This document shows, one piece after another, positions 58,490 to 64,000 of a stretch of 64,000 nt of DNA. Location of the stretch: positions 11,066-75,065 of the IMG/VR virus record IMGVR_UViG_3300033064_003457; one strand, 5' to 3'. A program made the position numbers and the translations under genes. Each line of letters opens with the position of its first letter. Position 1 is the stretch's first letter. The notes under the pieces were generated by a model. The model was not told where the DNA came from and made no database searches. It saw nothing but the letters and a program-made list of their open reading frames with translations. This DNA comes from a virus.

Positions 58490-58807
58490 TTACCGCCTCC
58501 TTAGCATACCCGGTCTTCCTCGAAGGCCACCCAGCCTACTAACTCCAGCTTGCACACCAACTCCTATACCGGCCCACATGGCACCCTTCATAATTCCACC
58601 AACCACACTAACCCTATCACCATATAGGTTATCTAGCGTTCCATACATCCCACCGCCAATCGCTCCGGTAAGCATTGCTCTACCAGCTCTTGACCTGGAA
58701 AACCTAGATGCACCCTTACCAGCCCAAAGCATTGTTTTGGATAAGTTCCTGTTTTTCCAAAGATAATTAGCTGTCTTTGCAAATCTTCCAAATGAGTAAG
58801 GAGCCAT
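58490..58807 (-). CDS. Glycine-zipper basic protein
   Basis: AMLTGAIGGGMYG and GAMWAGIGVGV. Confidence 0.55.
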   Translation of the reverse strand: MAPYSFGRFAKTANYLWKNRNLSKTMLWAGKGASRFSRSRAGRAMLTGAIGGGMYGTLDNLYGDRVSVVGGIMKGAMWAGIGVGVQAGVSRLGGLRGRPGMLRRR

Positions 58808-58815
58808 AATTTACC

Positions 58816-59604
58816 TCATACCTTAAATAGGTGTAATGTTTTTTTGACTAAATTCTTTATAGCGTGGTTAGTTTTTTTTTGATGTAAAACTCTGTTTACT
58901 ATTCCTGCAGTCTTTCCTTCTCTTAGCGTATTGCCCTTCATTGCATTTTGGATTTGGGCAGTAAACTGTTTATTGTTAGTTATGAACCTTTGTATCTTTT
59001 TAGGACTATTAGATGTCTGATAGTGCCTACCCCAATAATTTGCCTGGGCAACTAACCCTTCCGGTATGGCGTGTGGGGTCATCATGTACTTAAATCTAGC
59101 TACTGTTGTGGCAAAGAGACTATTTGTTTCTAACAGGCCTACAAGCTCTTTCCTGTTAAGTCCCAATAATTGTTTTCTAGTCATCCCTGTCACTTCCTCT
59201 AGTGCGCCCATGGCTTGAGATTTATTCTTAGCCCATCTCTGTACTATGTCTGTTGCCGTTGTAGGTTCTATTTGAAACACGCTTCTTGCTGGTCCGCCAC
59301 CCAATTGTTTTGAGTATTTTAACCCTCCAGATTCATGCATAGCGGTTCTATACAGCAGATCAGCTGCTTTTTTTCTAGTTAAGGGGTTTTTGTCTGTAAC
59401 AGCAGTGGCTGTATCAACCAAGTCCCTTAGGTTGTTACTATTGACTGACATACCCTGACTAGCGTGTATTTGTATCTTTCTTCCAGCAGAAATACCCACA
59501 TCTTTAGCTAGTGCTGTTGAACCGAACAATAGAGTAGATGATACCGCGGTAACGGCCATCACTCTTCTGAACCCAGCATTGGGCGTTAGCCACCTATTCA
59601 TCAC
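58816..59604 (-). CDS. Lysozyme/lytic transglycosylase-like protein with N-terminal signal/TM
   Basis: TAMHESGG putative catalytic Glu, GPARSVFQIEP, QANYW..HY. Confidence 0.7.
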   Translation of the reverse strand: MMNRWLTPNAGFRRVMAVTAVSSTLLFGSTALAKDVGISAGRKIQIHASQGMSVNSNNLRDLVDTATAVTDKNPLTRKKAADLLYRTAMHESGGLKYSKQLGGGPARSVFQIEPTTATDIVQRWAKNKSQAMGALEEVTGMTRKQLLGLNRKELVGLLETNSLFATTVARFKYMMTPHAIPEGLVAQANYWGRHYQTSNSPKKIQRFITNNKQFTAQIQNAMKGNTLREGKTAGIVNRVLHQKKTNHAIKNLVKKTLHLFKV

Positions 59605-60320
59605 CCCACCACCTCAGCGTCTATTGGACGTACTAGTTCTGCCTTGTTTTGTAGCTCATTTGCTCTCTTGAGCAACTCTGCTGCATATGTACTAGGGTCA
59701 TGAGGTATTCTTGTTTGATCTTTAGCTTTAGCTTCCCTAGTAGCTATCAGTGCATTCATCAATTTTATTTTTTGTTTCTGGGCCTTTTCTAGAAAATTAA
59801 CTATCTGGTTCATTTCTTCTCTATAGATAGGCTTAGTGCCATCGTTAGTATCTTGAAATCCAGCCACGTTCCTACGTATTATCTCTGGCTTTTTAGCTAA
59901 TTCCTCAGTGGCTCTCTTTTCTAGTATTTCCCAAAAAACAATATCTCTGACTAAAGATGAATCAACTTTATTGTCAGGATCTACTTCTAGATCTTTAGCG
60001 TACTGGCCAAACCAAATGTCCGTCAGCACATGCTCTATCGGGCACCCTTTTCCCAAGGGGTAGGTCTTGTTCTCTCCCAAAGGACATTTTTCTTTATAGG
60101 GACATTGCTCTCCAGTACATATCAGAGGAACAGAAGCAGAAAAACCATGCTTTAGGCTATTCAAATACACTATTAATCTTTTGGCTTCCTTGGGGGTTAG
60201 AGTTATTTCGTAACCATCATCCAACTTTGATGCCACCATACTTAATAATGAATTTTCCTTTAGTCCAACACAGTCATTCCTTAGAATAACCTGCTTACCG
60301 TCACTTTCACTTGATGACAT
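59601..60320 (-). CDS. Possible terminase small subunit (Cys-rich plus helical)
   Basis: C....CPY...CPL...CPIE followed by helical region ending LIATRE; upstream of terL. Confidence 0.45.
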   Translation of the reverse strand: MSSSESDGKQVILRNDCVGLKENSLLSMVASKLDDGYEITLTPKEAKRLIVYLNSLKHGFSASVPLICTGEQCPYKEKCPLGENKTYPLGKGCPIEHVLTDIWFGQYAKDLEVDPDNKVDSSLVRDIVFWEILEKRATEELAKKPEIIRRNVAGFQDTNDGTKPIYREEMNQIVNFLEKAQKQKIKLMNALIATREAKAKDQTRIPHDPSTYAAELLKRANELQNKAELVRPIDAEVVG

Positions 60321-60323
60321 ATA

Positions 60324-60506
60324 TTACCCGGCCTTGTTTTGAGATTGTTCTTTTTTAAGACCAGACTTATATTCTGACGTTGTCATATGCTTGTTGGGTG
60401 ATTTTACCTTTATACCCCTTAGCCCCTTTACCAAGTCTTCCTTACCTAGCGGTACTTTGGCTGGGGAATATTGACCACTGTATGGATTTCCTCTCATTCT
60501 TGCCAT
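60324..60506 (-). CDS. Small basic hypothetical protein
   Basis: ATG 60506 with AAGGAG SD. Confidence 0.6.
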   Translation of the reverse strand: MARMRGNPYSGQYSPAKVPLGKEDLVKGLRGIKVKSPNKHMTTSEYKSGLKKEQSQNKAG

Positions 60507-60510
60507 AAAA

Positions 60511-60822
60511 TCATCTCCTTGTAGCTCCAATTTTGATAAGCGTTTTATTGATATCTTTCATGCTTTGGCTTACATCTCTCAACTTTTCTTCATTAATGCG
60601 TTGGAACATGGAGTACTCTGCACTAGATACCAGTTGTTCCCTTGGGATATGTATGTCATGATTAGTAAGATGGGTAAATATTTTATTATTCATATCTACC
60701 ACATCTGTCCTAATAGTCATGAGTATTATTGTATTGATAGAAAGAAATGCCCCGGCAATTATCATAGCAATTCTGCGCCATAACATGGCACCATTCTTAC
60801 CATTAGGGTAGTTGTCAGGCAT
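60511..60822 (-). CDS. Single-TM protein, possibly holin-like
   Basis: IAMIIAGAFLSINTIILMTI then coiled coil. Confidence 0.5.
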   Translation of the reverse strand: MPDNYPNGKNGAMLWRRIAMIIAGAFLSINTIILMTIRTDVVDMNNKIFTHLTNHDIHIPREQLVSSAEYSMFQRINEEKLRDVSQSMKDINKTLIKIGATRR

Positions 60823-60841
60823 ATCTGTTTCTCCTACATTC

Positions 60842-62355
60842 TTATTCTGCAGCGCTCTCTTCTACAGCTTCTCCCGCCTCTAACAGCACAACATTAGCTG
60901 CTTGGGGACCCTTATCTCCGTTAGTAACTTCGAAACTAACTTTGTCATTTGTTTTTAATGTTTTATATCCGTCCATCGTAATAGCACTAAAATGAACGAA
61001 GATATCCTTACTATCTGAATCTTTCTGAATAAATCCATACATGTTGTTATCACGGGGCTCTTTATCCCCGCATCTGTATATCACTATACAGTTCGGACTA
61101 TATCTTCAGCGTGTTAAGCTGTCCGGTGCTCGTGGAAAGTTTAAATTTGTATTCCATACTTGGAATACTGTAATGAATAATCTGTGGCAATAAAATTCTT
61201 AGTTTTGTGGTATTAAACTCAAGTCTATAACTACCCTTATCGTGTCGCAATAATGGCCTAACACCAAATAAACTATCTATCCTATCTGCTATAAGCATGT
61301 TTTCGTCCCATGAACTATATGTGTTTAAATATCCACACCAAGCATGTATATTACCGTTTCTTCGTTTCGGGTATACACCTCCGTCGTCCATCCACCATAT
61401 AGCAAAACATTCTGGTGTCAATCTGTTTAACAGTGTATTTGTACAGGTTTTTTTACCATTTTTATACATTAGCTTATATAGGACCCTAAAGTACTTATGA
61501 GCTTTTTGGTATTTACAACCTGGATATCCATTGTTAAGAAAATTGTACACTTTATTCTGTTTGCCTCCACAAAAAGAATTTATAAGTGATGCCTTATATT
61601 TAATATATTCTTTTTGTTTAGCAGAATGCTTAATTCTAATGCTTACAGATTTTGACGCAACATCTTTACAAAGATAGCCATCTCCAATTGCCATTGCTAA
61701 TAGCATGACTTTTTGTTCTTTGTTCATTATTTACCTCACTTTTGCGGGTATTTAAATTTTAAACTCTCTAGTCTCTGAACCTTTCGCATCTATCGCTTTA
61801 TGTTTTCTTAACCATTTTTTGCTACTTATGCGACTCGGCTGCTGATTGACAGTTGCCTGTTTTCCCAGCAATTCTCCGGATTTTGAAAGAGCTATGATGT
61901 TAAGCAACCCAGCGTGGCTTTCTGCATGATGGTTGGGACATAGTAAAACTCCGTTATCGATGCTCGTGTCTCCACCTTCATTCCTTGGTATAATGTGATG
62001 AGCCTCTACGATTGCTTCGTATCCGCATACCATACATTTGTGATCAAATCTTTCAACCAAGGCTCTTTTCCATGCATTAACGCATTTGAAATTTTTTCTC
62101 TTGCGTCTCACAACCCACCTAGTCACTTTACATTTGTGGTTATTAAAGTATATTTTGTATCCATCCTGATGAAAATATCTATTAAGAGTAGTTCTTGGTA
62201 TACCATACTTTTTAGATAGTTCAGGTAATGACCAGCCATCTTCATTCAACTTCCTGGCTTCCTCCATATCTATACTATACTTTCTTTGCCACTTCACTAA
62301 GTTAACCCTTTTTGTTGTTAAACCATCTTATTAAACCTGTTTCGTTCTCTGCCAT
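60842..62355 (-). CDS. csp: Cold-shock domain protein, two exons: 62355-62305 and 61039-60842 (82 aa spliced)
   Basis: Spliced MAENETGLIRWFNNKKG|YGFIQKDSDSKDIFVHFSAI...GDKGPQAANVV restores RNP1 (KGYGFI) and RNP2 (IFVHF); AAGGAG SD before ATG 62355. Confidence 0.93.
61098..61727 (-). CDS. Intron-encoded LAGLIDADG homing endonuclease
   Basis: LAMAIGDGYL and FAIWWMDDG; IPSMEYK. Confidence 0.9.
   Translation of the reverse strand: MNKEQKVMLLAMAIGDGYLCKDVASKSVSIRIKHSAKQKEYIKYKASLINSFCGGKQNKVYNFLNNGYPGCKYQKAHKYFRVLYKLMYKNGKKTCTNTLLNRLTPECFAIWWMDDGGVYPKRRNGNIHAWCGYLNTYSSWDENMLIADRIDSLFGVRPLLRHDKGSYRLEFNTTKLRILLPQIIHYSIPSMEYKFKLSTSTGQLNTLKI
61752..62297 (-). CDS. Intron-encoded HNH endonuclease with N-terminal HTH
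   Basis: SLPELSKKYGIPRTTL (HTH); CMVCG...EAHHI...NGVLLCPNHH. Confidence 0.88.
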   Translation of the reverse strand: MKWQRKYSIDMEEARKLNEDGWSLPELSKKYGIPRTTLNRYFHQDGYKIYFNNHKCKVTRWVVRRKRKNFKCVNAWKRALVERFDHKCMVCGYEAIVEAHHIIPRNEGGDTSIDNGVLLCPNHHAESHAGLLNIIALSKSGELLGKQATVNQQPSRISSKKWLRKHKAIDAKGSETREFKI

Positions 62356-62789
62356 AACTAAATAATCTCCTTCTTCAAAATCTTCGTATTAACTGCCTGT
62401 ATGGTTAAAACATGTCTTTCTACCATATGGGCCTAACTTCTGGAGCTGTAATCAGCCCCTACACATACTTACCTAAGTGCCCTATTCTCCCGTAAGGAGC
62501 CACAGCTTAGGTAATCTCTACTTCTATATTAAGACCCCGGAAACACCGGGGATCGTTGTATTCTTCAATCTCTAGATGCACTCCGCCCCTTTTGCCACAA
62601 TGCCCTTAGAACTCTTCCATCTCTTCCTATAAGAGCTCTTGTTCTTACCAATAAGACGGTCTTAAGTCCAATTTTTTACTCAAAATCTAGATCTTTTGTG
62701 CATTACCTAGACGGGTTTACGCCCTTTCTCGATACCCCCCTCCTCACCTAAATAAGGAGAGGTCCGCGGGCGATTTTGGATAAAAATAT

Positions 62790-62818
62790 ATTATATAAAT
62801 ACTTATATACCAATACAA
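62790..62818 (-). promoter_or_regulatory. Sigma70-type promoter pointing into csp and the virion cluster
   Basis: TTGTAT-N17-TATAAT on the minus strand; the AT-rich context raises the chance-match risk. Confidence 0.55.
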
Positions 62819-63246
62819 TATGAATTAAATACTAATTATGTCTATATAGGGTGTTTTTTTGCAGAAAAATTACCGGCAGTTTAAAGGATTTAGTGTTTTT
62901 GGTTAAAATTTACATGAGAAACCATCACCATACATGAATGTATGCTGGCAAATGTAAAAATTATTTCCCCGGGCTTTGAAGTTAAGTGAGTTTCTAGTGG
63001 TTAAAAAGTATTATATGGTAAAAAATAGGTAAAAATATCTGAGGATTAACTATAGAGAGGGAAATATTGAGGAAAATTTATGTAGAGTCTGAGAATATAT
63101 ATATGAAGTAGATGTATTCGTTTCGTGCCCGACGGTAGCTATATAGGCATCACCATCTCAATGATGTGTTGATTATGTGGCTTACTGTAGGTGGTGTGTA
63201 TGTTTATTATTAACGATAGTTATTAATATAAACGAAGGAGGTATCC

Positions 63247-63366
63247 ATGTATAAGCTATTAAGAAAGCGCTTGGTATATGCATATCGTCACAGTTTTGTG
63301 TGTAAGAGAGGTGTAGTATCATTCATATTAGCTTGGCAGGCTAGTAAGTACTTACCATGGTGTTAA
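63247..63366 (+). CDS. Micro-protein (39 aa), not in ORF track
   Basis: AAGGAGGT SD; MYKLLRKRLVYAYRHSFVCKRGVVSFILAWQASKYLPWC. Confidence 0.7.
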   Translation: MYKLLRKRLVYAYRHSFVCKRGVVSFILAWQASKYLPWC

Positions 63367-63406
63367 TATTAACAATGTACTAAACTAATGAGAGGAGGTG
63401 ATTGCA

Positions 63407-63538
63407 ATGAAAGAGCTAATGTATGCACTTAAGACTCTGCGTAGTAGGGTTTACTTCACGTATAGACATACTGTGCGTAGTGGTAATGTTAGTGGTGTAT
63501 CTTATTATTGGCGGCTGAGTAAGGAGATAGGAGTTTGA
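63407..63538 (+). CDS. Micro-protein (43 aa), not in ORF track
   Basis: AGGAGGTG SD; MKELMYALKTLRSRVYFTYRHTVRSGNVSGVSYYWRLSKEIGV. Confidence 0.7.
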   Translation: MKELMYALKTLRSRVYFTYRHTVRSGNVSGVSYYWRLSKEIGV

Positions 63539-63589
63539 ATTACCCGGCCTGTGTAAGTAAAGTATCTATTAACAATAGAAAGGAGTGAA

Positions 63590-64000
63590 ATGAAACTAAC
63601 TAAAGAATGGTTACAAAACAAAAACGCCGATAGGGATGTCATAGAATGGTTCGTTAACCAAATAGAAACTGACGGTTTAAAAGTAACCAAGAAATTGATA
63701 AAAGAAAAGAAGTTGGATTGGGCTAAGTGGTTAATAGTTAGAATAATGGAATATAAGCAGTGCGTTAGTTATGCGGTATATGCTGCAGAACAAGTGATTA
63801 GGGTGTTCTCTAATCAACACCCTAATGACGATAGACCAAGAAAAGCTATTGAGGCAGCAAAAAGATGTATAAATAATCCTTCACAAAAGAACAAACAAGC
63901 TGCTGCTCATGCTGCTGCTGATGCTGCTGCTCATGCTGCTGCTTATGTTGATGATGCTTATGCTGCTTATTCTGCTACTGCTTCTGCTGCTGCTTCTGCT
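63590..64000 (+). CDS. Imm5-like / Ala-rich repeat phage protein (partial)
   Basis: AAGGAG SD; MKLTKEWL...HPNDDRPRKAIEAAK...AAAHAAADAAAHAAAY; runs off the right edge. Confidence 0.7.
   Translation, partial: MKLTKEWLQNKNADRDVIEWFVNQIETDGLKVTKKLIKEKKLDWAKWLIVRIMEYKQCVSYAVYAAEQVIRVFSNQHPNDDRPRKAIEAAKRCINNPSQKNKQAAAHAAADAAAHAAAYVDDAYAAYSATASAAASA
63899..64000 (+). repeat. Degenerate (GCT)n coding repeat
   Basis: GCT runs interrupted by CAT/GAT/TAT/TCT codons. Confidence 0.8.

Larger units (their letters stand above)
61040..62304 (-). mobile_element. Group I intron (1265 nt) in csp with two endonuclease ORFs
   Basis: 5' exon ends in U; P1 AAAGGGU/GCUCUUU (61886-61892); P 61861-61873, Q 61838-61847, R 61769-61780 GTTCAGAGACTA, S 61095-61106 AAGATATAGTCC; terminal G 61040. 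Confidence 0.92.

Noticed and set aside
60842-61084. 80-aa csp ORF with N-terminus MIYRCGDKEPRDNNM
   Set aside because: The first 15 codons are intron P9 sequence; the true N-terminus is exon 1 at 62355-62305.
640-62219. Numerous plus-strand ORFs (60-190 aa) in the ORF track
   Set aside because: They are antisense shadows of long, tightly packed minus-strand genes and have no recognisable motifs.
39094-62542. Exact 15-mer ATTAAGACCCCGGAA in two intergenic regions (39094-39108 and 62528-62542) as a late promoter motif
   Set aside because: Only two copies, each pairing differently within a hairpin. Similar strings occur in coding DNA on the other strand, and a 15-mer repeat can arise by chance in 64 kb.
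63505-63690. 61-aa minus-strand ORF
   Set aside because: Antisense to two plus-strand genes that have strong SD sequences.
1-64000. Stop-codon reassignment, CRISPR array, DGR, tRNA genes, inteins
   Set aside because: TAA, TAG and TGA all end genes followed by new starts. By eye I found no spaced repeats, reverse transcriptase, canonical cloverleaf or intein motifs; this was not a computational scan.

Overview
A 64-kb segment of a large, AT-rich, contractile-tailed (myovirus-type) phage genome read in genetic code 11. Positions ~62.4 kb down to 1 form one tightly packed minus-strand virion cluster. In order, it holds a cold-shock gene, a putative small terminase, a lysozyme-like protein, an HNH nuclease, an AAA+ ATPase, the large terminase, portal, prohead protease, decoration protein and major capsid protein, neck, sheath, three tube paralogues, two chaperones, tape measure, hub/spike/wedge and fibre genes, and a Kelch protein. 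The cluster ends in a RiPP-like module: a virion-like 186-aa protein with the C-terminus C-HSS-C-HSS-C-YSS-C-KRGKR, four coupled unknown genes, and at least three tandem radical SAM enzymes, the third truncated by the window edge and missing from the ORF track. Three group I introns were resolved by hand: two in the major capsid gene, and one in the cold-shock gene that carries both an HNH and a LAGLIDADG ORF. Outer virion proteins are strongly enriched in an [A/P]-S-G motif that may be a modification sequon. After ~63.2 kb coding switches to the plus strand with small early-type genes. All product calls come from motif recognition and gene order, not database searches.
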